A stretch of 62,898 nt of DNA, counting the filler, from Globobulimina sp. (Eukaryota), in the NCBI GenBank assembly GCA_003354225.1. It is 36 parts of 36 records of this genome, joined end to end, with 100 filler letters (N's around TTAATTAATTAA, not from the genome) between each part and the next. Parts side by side here need not be neighbours in the genome. Positions count along the whole stretch, not along the records: positions 1 to 1,651 come from PIVH01013602.1; positions 1,752 to 3,402 come from PIVH01013603.1; positions 3,503 to 5,153 come from PIVH01013604.1; positions 5,254 to 6,904 come from PIVH01013605.1; positions 7,005 to 8,655 come from PIVH01013606.1; positions 8,756 to 10,406 come from PIVH01013607.1; positions 10,507 to 12,157 come from PIVH01013608.1; 29 more parts are not named here. One strand, given 5' to 3'. The notes beneath the pieces are model-generated. The model had not been told where the DNA came from and ran no database searches. It saw only the letters and a program-made list of their open reading frames with translations. Each line of letters begins with the position of its first letter. Position 1 is the stretch's first letter. Both the position numbers and the translations under genes were made by a program. Below, piece after piece: positions 1-11,325 of the stretch.

Positions 1-173
1 AAGATGTAGAAATAGATTATAATTGGTCTGCGTGCTTCTATTGCTCTGTGTGATGATGTTGTTGTGTTCTGGTCTTTGTTTAAACGTATTTTGCGTGATA
101 ACAAATAAAAAGCAATGCTGTAGCCGACCAGTAATAATGTGAATATTGGCATTGCCACATAGATGTATGACAT
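1..173 (-). CDS. 5' fragment of a putative membrane-anchored protein (runs off the window edge)
   Basis: ATG at 173 opens a frame to position 1: MSYIYVAMPIFTLLLVGYSIAFYLLSRK, a hydrophobic N-terminal helix; divergent from the ORF at 286. Confidence 0.35.
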   Translation of the reverse strand, partial: MSYIYVAMPIFTLLLVGYSIAFYLLSRKIRLNKDQNTTTSSHRAIEARRPIIIYFYI

Positions 174-285
174 TGTTAATATATTTACTGGTGAGACAAC
201 TGACATCGTTGGCTGCTGTTTTCTAGTTCGTGAGCTAGTGTCGAAGCAGTAACATCAAAAACATCGATTTATTTCACAGTATTAA

Positions 286-819
286 ATGTCTTGCACAATT
301 CATAAGAAAAGAAGACGCGAGGAATTTAATGAAGAGAAAGATTCGTGTGAATCAAATTTAACATTGGAACAACCTCCAACCAAAAAAAGAAGAATAAATA
401 ATATTGAAGATAAAGAAAATGTGTCTGTTCATACTACAGATACATTAGAAAATACTTCGTTTAATAGTAAAATAAATAAGACATCAAACACTTTAGCAAA
501 TGGATTAGATTCAAAAAAAAATCTAAATCGGAAAAGTAGAACAATGCGAACTCGAAAACAAAATGTTGCAAAAATAGCAACAAAAATAATTAAAAGACGG
601 AAATCTTTGCCCGCTCCAGAGACATCAACACAAATTATAATGAGTGCAATTACTAATCATTGGAAATCCGGAAAGGATGAAATGGAAATGAAAGTGTTAT
701 ACGAAGTAGTTTCGGAAAAACAAATCAAACCACAACAATGTTTAGCGATTGTTAAAGAATTGGATGATAATTTATATGTATATTTGCAACTTGACCAAAC
801 AGCCATTCATAAACTATGA
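286..819 (+). CDS. Hypothetical basic protein, possible C-terminal winged-helix
   Basis: Complete 177-aa ORF; NLS-like KKRRR and KKRR; C-terminal helix-helix-strand pattern reminiscent of a winged helix. Confidence 0.5.
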   Translation: MSCTIHKKRRREEFNEEKDSCESNLTLEQPPTKKRRINNIEDKENVSVHTTDTLENTSFNSKINKTSNTLANGLDSKKNLNRKSRTMRTRKQNVAKIATKIIKRRKSLPAPETSTQIIMSAITNHWKSGKDEMEMKVLYEVVSEKQIKPQQCLAIVKELDDNLYVYLQLDQTAIHKL

Positions 820-1384
820 ACATCTACTAAATGACTACATTTTTGTGATTCAAGCTTAACGTATAAAGTGTTCTTATTATTTGATATTTAAATCCGCATA
901 TATTTTCATATTTTGTTCCTTCAGTGAAGTTACAAAGAAGTCGATAAATGCATGAATATACTTTAATTATACAGCAACGTACAATTAATGAAATATGCAC
1001 CAAAAATAAAATCACAGCACAAAATAATTTATAAATTTTATAATACTAACTTTTTGTACCAATTCCTTTAAAATTGATAACCAAAAAAATTAAAAGGAAT
1101 AGAAAAAAACAATTACTAAGGAAAAATTCCACAAAATAAAGTATATAATAATTAAATGCAAATAAAGGGAAAAAAAAGGGAAATAAAATGTGTTATTACA
1201 TAAAATAACACATACTCGCAACTGACACATTTGTAAAAAAATAAGAAGAAAACTAGCGCAAAACAATGTAAACACAGAACAAAAAAACAAAAATCTGTAA
1301 ATGTCAAAGCAAAATAAATTAGAAATATTGTTAATGTTAAAATGAATGAATCAATGTGTATAAATATAAAAACATTTGCCAGTT

Positions 1385-1597
1385 TTATCGTTTTTCAAAC
1401 ACAGCGTCAGTAAATCGATTTTTTACATATTTTACAAATCTAAAATTATAAACATTTATTATTAAACGATACGTCTCAATAACTGCACCATCAAATACTC
1501 TTAAAAAATCATCGTAATTTTGAAATTTATCCAATGTTTCAGCACCGGCTCCAAATAAATATCTCAATTGCTTTGCTACATCATACCCTAAATTCAC
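1385..1597 (-). CDS. Probable terminal exon of a hypothetical protein
   Basis: 70-codon frame with protein-like composition, preceded by a T-rich tract and a CAG acceptor. Confidence 0.3.
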   Translation of the reverse strand: MNLGYDVAKQLRYLFGAGAETLDKFQNYDDFLRVFDGAVIETYRLIINVYNFRFVKYVKNRFTDAVFEKR

Positions 1598-1651
1598 CTG
1601 AATATTTCCGCAATAAATTCAAAAAAAAACAATTAAAAAACAAAATAGATT

Positions 1652-1751
1652 NNNNNNNNNNNNNNNNNNNNNNNNNNNNNNNNNNNNNNNNNNNNTTAAT
1701 TAATTAANNNNNNNNNNNNNNNNNNNNNNNNNNNNNNNNNNNNNNNNNNNN
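1652..1751. other. Artificial contig linker (N-run + TTAATTAATTAA + N-run, 100 nt); the same design recurs 35 times about every 1.75 kb
   Basis: Same 100-nt structure with stops in all six frames; the intervening contigs are 1651, 1650 and then 1649 bp. Confidence 0.99.
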
Positions 1752-1753
1752 AT

Positions 1754-3402
1754 ATTACAATTCAACCATATTTTGATCAGGTTATAAATGATGAAAAGCA
1801 GTCACCAGATATAAAAGTAATTGATTTGCAATCCACGTTTGTTTCTGTTGAGTCAATCAATGATTTTGACAATACAGAATTTGATGGTTTTCTATACGGA
1901 TTTACTATAAAAAGGGAGGACAATCAACATTTTACGTGTTTATTGGATAGTAATAATCGTCGATTTGCATGGATATCACACATCCAATTTATACTAAACA
2001 ACAAAGAATTTATTGGCAGGCGATATTGCTCGAAATTAACAGGTAAACGTCTAACGATGCTTCATTTAGATACAGATTTATTTATTGTGAACCATAAATG
2101 TAATAATACTGATAATTGTACGTATATTGAATATTTAATTGCAATCAATAAATTATATATCAATCACAGTATGGCTGATGTTGTTGAAATTATATTACAT
2201 CGTAAAATATCACTTGTTTCCATACATGACAGTTATATACATTGTATTATTAATCCTGACCATAATCAATTATTGTTTGATAAATTTATCGATACAAAAT
2301 GTAATCTTTCAAATTGTATTCATTTTAAACGCTTTGATGCAGATAAAAATTGCACAGAAAATAGGCAACGATATTATAAAATAAAAATAATGCCAAATTG
2401 TGATATTATTCACATTTTAGATCAAATACATTGTTATTTATACCACACAGAGTATAGGGAAAATAATGATGATCAGAATATTAATAATTATAATCGGAGA
2501 AGACAAAATTCGCTAAAATTCATACGGAATTTATCGTTTTCACCACGTTATAAAACAAAGCTTTTATTGGAAGGGGATGATAATGATAATAATGATGATG
2601 ATGAAAAGAATGAAAAAAAGGAGGAAAATGGCAAAAATGTACAATATTTTAGTGGTCGATTAATTGATTATTGGTCAGCAGCAAAAAGAGATTATAATGA
2701 ATTCGAAAGCAGTGAAGATTTAATTGCTGATAATTTTGAAGATTTATGTGACGGAATTGTTGTATTCCCAAAATATGATTCATTAAAACAAGAAGTTACA
2801 CAAAATATTGTATGCAAATTGAATGAAGAGGATTATAATGATATTTATCAGCGATCCCTGATATTATTGAATACAACGCATTGTATGAAGAATATGGTAG
2901 CATTGCATGATAATAAATTGAATGAAAAGATGTGCGTAGCAGCAGGCGAATACATTACAATCAATCATGTAATATCAATCATAATTTATTGTAACTATTT
3001 TAATGTTTGTAGGGAATGGTTAGAATTTCAGCGCAATAATCAACAAAATAACACTTTTGATGATGGCGAATTCGCCCATTTTTATCGATATTTATGTGAA
3101 ATTTGTCAATTATTTGGACAAAATATGAGAAATGACGAATATTTATATATTATTCCTACAAATAATATATTGTTTAAACAATGGAAGCAAATGATATATT
3201 TTCCAATGTCTGTATCGCCGCCACTTGATATTACACAGAGTTTTACGAAAGAATTGTTGCATAATAATAATAATAGTAATAATAATAATTATAACATATT
3301 AAAATTAGGAACTACGGACAATGATAAGTGTGATACACAATTTACACATACAACACATACCCGATATTTTGATGTTCGATGGCTCAGTGATTCGTACAAT
3401 GA
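1754..3402 (+). CDS. Partial protein with PH-like N-terminal segment and divergent mono-ADP-ribosyltransferase-like C-terminal region
   Basis: Frame open across the whole contig; PH-like tail YGFTIK...RRFAWISHIQ; ART-like blocks HVISIIIYCNY, FPMSVS and YFDVRWLSDSYN. Confidence 0.5.
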
Positions 3403-3561
3403 NNNNNNNNNNNNNNNNNNNNNNNNNNNNNNNNNNNNNNNNNNNNTTAATTAATTAANNNNNNNNNNNNNNNNNNNNNNNNNNNNNNNNNNNNNNNNNN
3501 NNTAACTAACACGGAGGTTATTTATCAAAACCCGTCATTTAACTTACCACAATTACCAACC

Positions 3562-4994
3562 ATGTACACCATGTTTCGCAACAAACTCTCAAAATTACAA
3601 TTTGTTCACACCGTCAACGTTGGATCATCCTATGTATTGTCAATGCATTTGTCCACAAAAGAACATTATAACCAAAACCAATTTGACAGAAATACCGTTG
3701 GTGCATTGGATGAATTGGAGAGGACCTTTGTTCGCCCGGCTTACTTTTGTCAAACCTTAAAGCAAAACGATTTTCATTTTTACAGCGGTGTTCCAGATTC
3801 GTTATTAAAAGACTTCTGTGGTTATATCACGGATAATGTGCCCAGCGGCAATCACAAAATGGCCGCCAACGAAGGAGCAGCCATTGGCATCGCCACTGGA
3901 TATTATTTAAACACAGGTAAAAACCCGGTGGTTTATTTCCAAAATTCAGGCTTAGGAAATGCCATAAATCCGTTGTTGTCCCTCGCACATCAAAATGTAT
4001 ACAGTATCCCCATGTTATTAATCATTGGATGGCGCGGCGAAGTCGGTAAAAAAGACGAACCGCAGCATTTAGTGACTGGTCAAATCATGTGCGATATGTT
4101 GAAATTGTTGCAAATCCCTTATGATGTGTTACCAGATTACGAGGAAGGTATACAACATTCTGTGCAGACCGCTGCTCAGTATTTAAGGACAAACCGCTCG
4201 CCGTATGCCTTATTAGTAAGGAAGAGGACCTTTGAAAACTATAAGTTCGTCGGTGCCGAGGTCAGCGATACTTTGTTGTCGCGAAAAGAAGTGCTTGAGC
4301 TCATTGTCGATAATATTCATCCCGACTCTGCCTTCATTTCCACCACAGGTTAAATGTATAGATATATAATTGTGTATAGTATGAGATTTATAAATTATAA
4401 TCGTGTATAATTGTAATTGTATATAATTTAAGAGTTATTTGTAAAATAGGTTTTACATCGCGAGAATTAGATGAAATTCGAGCAGAGTATCAAAAAAAGC
4501 ATAATTGTAAAGACATTAAAGAGTTTCTGACGGTCGGTTCGATGGGCCATGCCAGCTCGATTGCGTTGGGAATGGCATTAGGCTCAAATTGTAATGGCTC
4601 AAATTGTTGTGATACGGTGTGTATTGATGGGGATGGCGCGTGTTTGATGCATATGGGCTCGATGAGTACCATTGGAAACAGCGGGTTGAAGAATTATAAG
4701 CATATTTTGATCAATAATGCTTGCCATGACAGTGTTGGTGGACAGCCTACCAATGCGTGGAAGACTGATTTTGTTTCCATTGCGAAATCGTGTGGCTATA
4801 AAAAAAGTATTTCAGTGTCAACAGAAGAAGAGATTGTTGATGCGATTGCATCGTTGCATGAAGAGGAGGGACCGATGTTTGTTGAAATTGCGACGAATGC
4901 GGGTGCTGCGAAAAATTTATCTCGGCCCAAATCGACTCCTGAACAAAATAAACATGCTTTTATGGTTTTTGTTGAAAAAACAAAAGCAAAATAA
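3562..4994 (+). CDS. ppd: Phosphonopyruvate decarboxylase (fused alpha/beta, TPP-dependent), 2 exons (3562-4348, 4450-4994), about 443 aa
   Basis: Motifs FYSGVPDSLLK, ANEGAAIG, QNSGLGN, GWRGE..DEPQH, GSMGHASSIALG, TPP motif DGDG...NN and HDSVGGQPT; GT-AG intron 4349-4449 restores STTGFTSREL. Confidence 0.9.
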
Positions 4995-5377
4995 ATGTAC
5001 CATCGAGCATCGTGTGTTAATATCGAGCATCGTGTACATGTAAAAAATCTAAAAGTTTTATTTTGATATATCATTTTAAACATTTTTATTTTTTATTTTG
5101 ATATATCTAAAATTTTTTATTTATTTTGATTTTTTTACATTGTGTATCATTTTNNNNNNNNNNNNNNNNNNNNNNNNNNNNNNNNNNNNNNNNNNNNTTA
5201 ATTAATTAANNNNNNNNNNNNNNNNNNNNNNNNNNNNNNNNNNNNNNNNNNNNCGATGCCTGCCAGTAGCATGTTGGAAATCGTGCATATTTAATAGTTG
5301 CCACGTTGAAGTCGGTGCAGTTTATTATTTCAACAAGGTTTTGAATGTTTTAATATACCCCAAGTGCAGCCTGTAGT

Positions 5378-6052
5378 CACGGCGTCAATCGCACGTACAT
5401 TGAACACAGTGTAACCAATGCGTGGTGGCAAAAATACCCCAATCTACATTCCTTGCAAGTGAGCGAAGTGGATACCATCGACCGGTCACTAGACACCAAC
5501 ACCGGTGAGTTAGTCACACGGCGCCTAATATCGGCCCAATTAAACCCGCCCTCTTGGATGGCGGCCATTGGCTTTCCAAATTATTGCTATGTGTTGGAAG
5601 AGACGCGAGTCAATCCTCACTCTAAAAACATGCTATTGAAATCGGTCAATGTGACTGGAAATTCGCTACTGCAAATCCAAGAAACGTGCAATTATTCCGT
5701 AGCGGAGGGCGATCAGACACAGACATTGTATGAGCAATCCGCGGCAATCACGAGCTGTGTGCCGGTGGTTTACAGTGCCATCGAGTCCTATTCGTTAGGC
5801 ATACATTCGGGGAATGCGTCAAAAGGATTGAGAGCAATGGAAGAATTATGTGAGAAATATGTGAAACTCGGCCAAGAAGGTTTCAGTGAAATATTGAATT
5901 TGAGATTGGATACGATTTTATTAATGACGGATTTGGAAACTTTTCGTCGGTTAACTCAGTTTGATTTGGAGGAGTTTAAAAATTTAAAATTCGTCCAATG
6001 GACTTCGCAATTTGCCGATGAACTGTTTAATAAACATGCTTTTCAATTGTAA
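5378..6052 (+). CDS. PRELI/MSF1-domain mitochondrial lipid-transfer protein (start unresolved)
   Basis: AWWQKYPN..QV.EVDTIDR, RRLI, PSW and the LEETRVNP..K.M.LKS.N pattern. Confidence 0.8.
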   Translation, partial: HGVNRTYIEHSVTNAWWQKYPNLHSLQVSEVDTIDRSLDTNTGELVTRRLISAQLNPPSWMAAIGFPNYCYVLEETRVNPHSKNMLLKSVNVTGNSLLQIQETCNYSVAEGDQTQTLYEQSAAITSCVPVVYSAIESYSLGIHSGNASKGLRAMEELCEKYVKLGQEGFSEILNLRLDTILLMTDLETFRRLTQFDLEEFKNLKFVQWTSQFADELFNKHAFQL

Positions 6053-6376
6053 ATGCTGATTATTTGCAATGTTTACTTTATTTACAACTATGCATTTATG
6101 CATTGATAATATATTTTACTCGTACTGGGATGCTTGCTTTTTTTTAATATTTTTCATTAATTTTTTTCAATGAACAGTTATTAGAACACTAGAATTATTG
6201 AGATTGTAATTCATTATGTAACTGAGCCTGACTGGCTTTGGGCCCATTGTCAAAATGTTTTTAGATTGTTTCTTGATCTTTAACTTAAAAAACTTCTATG
6301 TTGAAGATAAAGTTTATATGATTTTTATTGAAGCAAACCGTTTCTGGTGACTGACAAAGGCAACAATTATAAATAT

Positions 6377-6904
6377 TTATTGGTTGTCAAGCCAGTCTCT
6401 AATTTTCGTGTGTACCACAGCAACATCATACATATAATCCTCTTTATAGTTTGACAAAGTTGCTTTTTCCATATATTCCTTTGCCAAATGATTGTTATTT
6501 CGTGTTTCTTCATATAACGCAAGATAGAAATGAGCATAAAATGCATCTTTATGAGATTTTGAAACCATTTTTAATAAATCATTGTCTGTTGCTTTATCCT
6601 GAAATAAGTTATATGAAATTCGCATAACTTCCCTGTCATCGTGAACATAATCCACATGTAGCCAATCTTTGAGTGCTTGTTCACAAATAAAACACCAGAT
6701 AGCTTCTTCTGTGTCATTTGGATTTTGCGAAACATCAAATCTAAATTGTTTTGCAGCCTCTTTAAATCTATTCAAATAGAACAGCGTTATCCCTCTTTGC
6801 CATAATTTTTTCTTTGACTCAATATTTATTTGAACCAACAAATCAAAACATTCCAATGATTTTTGCAACTCTTGTTTTGTTTTTGCATTCCGAAAATATA
6901 GTGT
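6377..6904 (-). CDS. TPR-containing NlpI-like protein, 5'-truncated
   Basis: LWQRGITLFY...AAKQFR.DV..NPNDTEEAIW and FYAHFYLALY motifs. Confidence 0.75.
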   Translation of the reverse strand, partial: TLYFRNAKTKQELQKSLECFDLLVQINIESKKKLWQRGITLFYLNRFKEAAKQFRFDVSQNPNDTEEAIWCFICEQALKDWLHVDYVHDDREVMRISYNLFQDKATDNDLLKMVSKSHKDAFYAHFYLALYEETRNNNHLAKEYMEKATLSNYKEDYMYDVAVVHTKIRDWLDNQ

Positions 6905-7017
6905 NNNNNNNNNNNNNNNNNNNNNNNNNNNNNNNNNNNNNNNNNNNNTTAATTAATTAANNNNNNNNNNNNNNNNNNNNNNNNNNNNNNNNNNNNNNNN
7001 NNNNTCTATATAAATAT

Positions 7018-7440
7018 ATGTCAAAGAGCGTGGAAAACAACAACAATCACAACAGCAACAGCGACACAAACCCAATTAGGAATGAAGCAAAACCCTCACC
7101 CACACCAAACGTTGCCTTAGGAGATGCAATCACTAGCTTACCAGGATTGGATACAAACACGTTCAACAAATATAGCATGTTCAGCGGTTATATCGACGTG
7201 TATCCGGCGCATAACCGTAACATTTTCTATTGGTTTATTGAGAGTTTGAACGACCCAAAGTCTGATCCGGTGGCGGTTTGGACGAACGGTGGCCATGGCG
7301 CGTCCGGGCTTATTGGCATGTTTACCGAGCATGGACCGTTCCGTCCTTTGCAGAATTTGACATTGCGCGTGCAACCGTGGTCGTCGGTCAATGTAGCGAA
7401 TATGATTTACATCGAGGCTCCGTCTGGAGTGGCTTTTCTT
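7018..7440 (+). pseudogene. N-terminal fragment of an S10 serine carboxypeptidase
   Basis: ITSLPGL, FSGYIDV, IFYWFIES..DP..DPVAVWTNGG, GMFTEHGPF, ANMIYIEAPSGV; conserved GGPG reads GGHG and homology stops at about 7440. Confidence 0.75.
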
Positions 7441-7497
7441 ACTAATAATAATACCAACAGCAACAGCAATAATAATACTGTTAAGAAGAAAGAGAAA

Positions 7498-7611
7498 ATA
7501 CAACATTTGGGATTTGGTAAGAGACTAATGTCAGCTGCGGAGAAGATTAGTATTCTGCATGGGTTTGATAAAATCTCAGTCATCGCTGGCATTGGTACAC
7601 GCAATTACTAG
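7498..7611 (+). pseudogene. ELP3: C-terminal fragment of Elongator ELP3 acetyltransferase fused in frame to the S10 fragment
   Basis: QHLGFGKRLMSAAEKI...KISVIAGIGTRNY matches the ELP3 GNAT C-terminus; it stops at NY instead of continuing YYR..GY. Confidence 0.7.
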
Positions 7612-7814
7612 ATAGATAATCGTGTCAGCACCTCCTTTGATTTTTGCATCTTGTATATCTTTTTGCATGAAACTGCTACAACCAAGCTGCTTTGTGACGG
7701 TGACTAAATAACTTTAATAAAGACCGCTATACGATTTGCTGTTAATTGTCTTTTTTATTATCATACTTATACTTATGCTTATACCGGTTGTTATTCCGGT
7801 CATTATTATAATAT

Positions 7815-8027
7815 TTATACAGTCTGGAATTGGTGCTTATAAAATAAGTACACCTCCTCATACTTCGAGCGTTCGGTACACACTGGCCAATCAATCGCGT
7901 ACGGGTCGTAGTTATTGCCAGCATTGCTGCGCATAGCATTTCGAGCGGTGGTACACGCGTTCGAAGACACATCGCCATCGTGGCAAGCGCTCATCCATTG
8001 ACCACATTCACGTTTATAATTAATCAT
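7815..8027 (-). pseudogene. Inverted internal fragment of an S10 carboxypeptidase
   Basis: Cys-containing segment ending NYDPYAIDWPVC, typical of the S10 linker region; opposite strand to 7018-7440. Confidence 0.5.
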
Positions 8028-8759
8028 TTATTATTGCTTGCTTTAGTTTCCATTGCATTCTGCGCCGCGAACGCAATGAACCTTTTTGCCGTTGGAACTG
8101 AAATCCGATAGTTTTCAAACGGCAAATTACTAACCCAACCAATAATTTCTTTTCTAAGGTATTTGACTTTCGTAATCAAAAAATAAAAAGCCTGCCATAC
8201 ACTACACTTCACTCATTCTACGACCCGCGAACATACATTTTTTCCTTTTTTTACATTTTCCAGGACCGTTTCCACAAAAACAATGAAAACAATGCTGCCT
8301 CTGCCCGTAAAGAACCATCAAAATCAATCATATGTATGTGCTGGTGGAGCTGAACTGTTCGAATTGGTATTCGCATTGACAGCTGCCTGCTGTGCTCCTC
8401 CTTCTGCCCCACCACCAGCCGCATTTCACGAGTTTACCACCATGGATTTGGATTCAAATGTTGTAAGTCTAAAATCTATGAATCCTGCATTGAACTTATC
8501 ATATTCTGATGGCACATTTTTTGCGGAACAGAAGTGTAGCGCTTTTGCTATGTTTTATGGAACAATCATTGCGGAAATGTCAACGTGAGATGTAGTGAGT
8601 TTATGGAACAGTTTCTTAAAGTGCGGAAACGCAAAGCGGATAATATATAAAGCTCNNNNNNNNNNNNNNNNNNNNNNNNNNNNNNNNNNNNNNNNNNNNT
8701 TAATTAATTAANNNNNNNNNNNNNNNNNNNNNNNNNNNNNNNNNNNNNNNNNNNNTTTG

Positions 8760-8763
<4 letters not shown>

Positions 8764-8812
<49 letters not shown>
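8764..8812. repeat. Poly(T) homopolymer near a contig start
   Basis: About 49 consecutive T. Confidence 0.95.
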
Positions 8813-9390
8813 CCTTTTTTTCTTTTTTCTTTTTTTATCTCTATTTTTGTTTGTTTTTTTTCTATGGATTTTTCCTTTTATTGTTTTTTTGTGTTTGAAT
8901 GTTTTGAATTAGTGTGAGATGCGCAAAAGACCTGCAATCATTCAATAACAATGATGAAGAAGCATTATTTTTTAAATTTTATTAAGTACTATTGTTTCAA
9001 AAGTGGGCCAACCAAACACAATCACAATTTGCTGGAATATCCATGTGAGAGATTGCACGAATTATACCTTTTATACAAATGCAAACCACATCTGATTCAC
9101 TCAGTTTTTAACTTTTTATATAAATTATTTTTAGATTGTAAAATTGTTGATTTTTGATTGTTGATATACAAATTACCTCAAAACAAAGTTATAACAAATC
9201 CAATTAGTCACTGTGCGACAATCCAATTGCTTTTTAGGTTCACACTTCTAAACACTTATTTTGCGGCTATTATTAGGCTACATTTAGGGACAGTGCTCAG
9301 GCAACGCTCTGCAAAAATTAAACTTTAAAAAACTTTAGAATTCGAAGTGAACCTCAAAAGTCAAATCTATTTAAAAACACCACGCTTAGA

Positions 9391-10366
9391 ATGTCCGCTC
9401 AACCACTTCAGCACTCAGCCGATAATATTTCCATATCATCCCACCAAATGAGAATGGTCAACACTTACGTCTCGAAAAATGTACGTTATAGTTTGTACTA
9501 TATTTTGTTTGTCCATTTTAACATGCTTTCTAAGTTTGATTTTGTACCGCACCAAATTCCAACAGAGACAAATCTGGGTTCCTATATGCCGCAAAATTCT
9601 TATTGTATGCACTATATAGTTTTTTTTTATTTGTACACAACTTTTTTATACGCATACTATAGGACAATGAAAGTAAAAACATTCAAACGAGAGCGATATT
9701 TTGGACCGAATTGGTCAACACTTCCACGCAGAAAACAATTGAAAGAATACGTCATATATTAATCGAAGCAAACATTAAACTTTCTCCTTATTCGCAATAT
9801 CTGTTTACAGTGAGTCAGCCATTGAAATATTTACATTTTTTATGTGAATGGAATGGCTTAAAACTGCAACAAATGCAAACAACGCCTAAAACCTTTGACG
9901 AATTCCAATCCAAAGCCAAAAATTGGTTAAATGGCAGGAAGGCACCCAATTACGCTCTGACATTATTTCCCGAAATGGTACACACCGCTGAATACGTATG
10001 CGTTTGTATTTTGTTTTTAGTTAATTTAGTTTGATTGTATTTATTTGCGAAGCAAACTAACCCAAAAACATTTATACGCAAACCTTTATATTTACAAATA
10101 ATTAAGTTTGGTGAGCAGCAGTCCTATAAAATATTTCCACAAAGCAAAGAATGTCTCAATTTATTGAGTACAGCGTTAAGATACTCATATTTAGCGGGCT
10201 TATGTAGTAAACGCGTCTTATTGACCGTGTCTGGACGGACTGTTCCTTTGTTAATACCAAATGTGGTGAAATCGCGAAAAAGTGCAATTACAAAAATATT
10301 CAATGCCTATGGCAGTGATCATCGTTCTATCTGGGGAGCAGCCACATATTTTAAAGTTAATTGCTT
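9391..10366 (+). CDS. Multi-exon hypothetical protein (exon boundaries approximate)
   Basis: Coding-like blocks at about 9391-9480, 9663-9995 and 10098-10356, separated by AT-rich segments starting GT. Confidence 0.35.
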
Positions 10367-10508
10367 AATTTATATTTTCTTGTTACTTAATCACACGAAT
10401 CTGTGCNNNNNNNNNNNNNNNNNNNNNNNNNNNNNNNNNNNNNNNNNNNNTTAATTAATTAANNNNNNNNNNNNNNNNNNNNNNNNNNNNNNNNNNNNNN
10501 NNNNNNTA

Positions 10509-10679
10509 GTTGAGACTATTTTAAATTATGGCAACGAAAAAAGTGTAAAAAAACTATTCGAACTAATAGGAATAAAAAAAGTAGCAGAAATATTCTATCT
10601 TCAGACATCACGTCAGAGGGTAAATTATCACCCACGAACAGTTAATTATTTTACTCAGTATTTTAAACGGCATGCATAA
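10509..10679 (+). CDS. Bacterial small protein, putative antitoxin partner of the downstream AbiEii toxin (DUF6922-like), 5'-truncated
   Basis: VETILNYGNEKSVKKLFELIG...NYFTQYFKRHA; its 3' end overlaps the next ORF by 8 nt (ATGCATAA). Confidence 0.6.
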   Translation, partial: VETILNYGNEKSVKKLFELIGIKKVAEIFYLQTSRQRVNYHPRTVNYFTQYFKRHA

Positions 10680-11289
10680 AAACATACTTACAGATAAACA
10701 GATTGCTCTTTTACCTGTGATCCAGAAATTTTCAAAAGAATACTATCTGGCCGGCGGCACAGCAATTGCTTTGTATATAGGGCATCGGAGATCTATCGAT
10801 TTCGATTTATTTTCAAGTAGTGCTATTAAACGCAAACGTATAAAAACAATTATAGATAAGAGTGGATTCCCTGTTTCTGAAATAATATATGAAGCTTATG
10901 ATCAACTCCATCTAATTGTAAATGACGTCAAACTGACATTTTTTAATTTCCCATACAATGTTAAAAGCGAAAATGATTTTGATGGATTTATAAAACTCCC
11001 ATCTTTAATTGATTTAGCAGCAATGAAAGCTCACGCTTTAGGCGGCCGGGCGAAATGGAAAGATTATGTTGATTTATATTATCTATTAAAGGACCACTTT
11101 AATATAGATGAAATATCATCTAAAGCAAAAATTATCTTTGGAAATTATTTTAATGAAAAATTGTTTCGAGAACAATTGGCATACTTTAAAGACATTGATT
11201 ATCGTGAGTCAATTGAATTTATTATCGATGAAATAGAAGAAGATAAAATCAAAGAATATTTGACTGAAATTTCATTATCCCCCTTTTAG
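10672..11289 (+). CDS. AbiEii-family nucleotidyltransferase toxin (type IV TA), bacterial
   Basis: YLAGGTAIAL..GHRRSIDFDLF and AAMKAHAL..R...KDYVDLY motifs; intronless. Confidence 0.85.
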   Translation: MHKNILTDKQIALLPVIQKFSKEYYLAGGTAIALYIGHRRSIDFDLFSSSAIKRKRIKTIIDKSGFPVSEIIYEAYDQLHLIVNDVKLTFFNFPYNVKSENDFDGFIKLPSLIDLAAMKAHALGGRAKWKDYVDLYYLLKDHFNIDEISSKAKIIFGNYFNEKLFREQLAYFKDIDYRESIEFIIDEIEEDKIKEYLTEISLSPF

Positions 11290-11325
11290 AACAGCCATAT
11301 ATTGATCTAAAGAATTATATAACCT

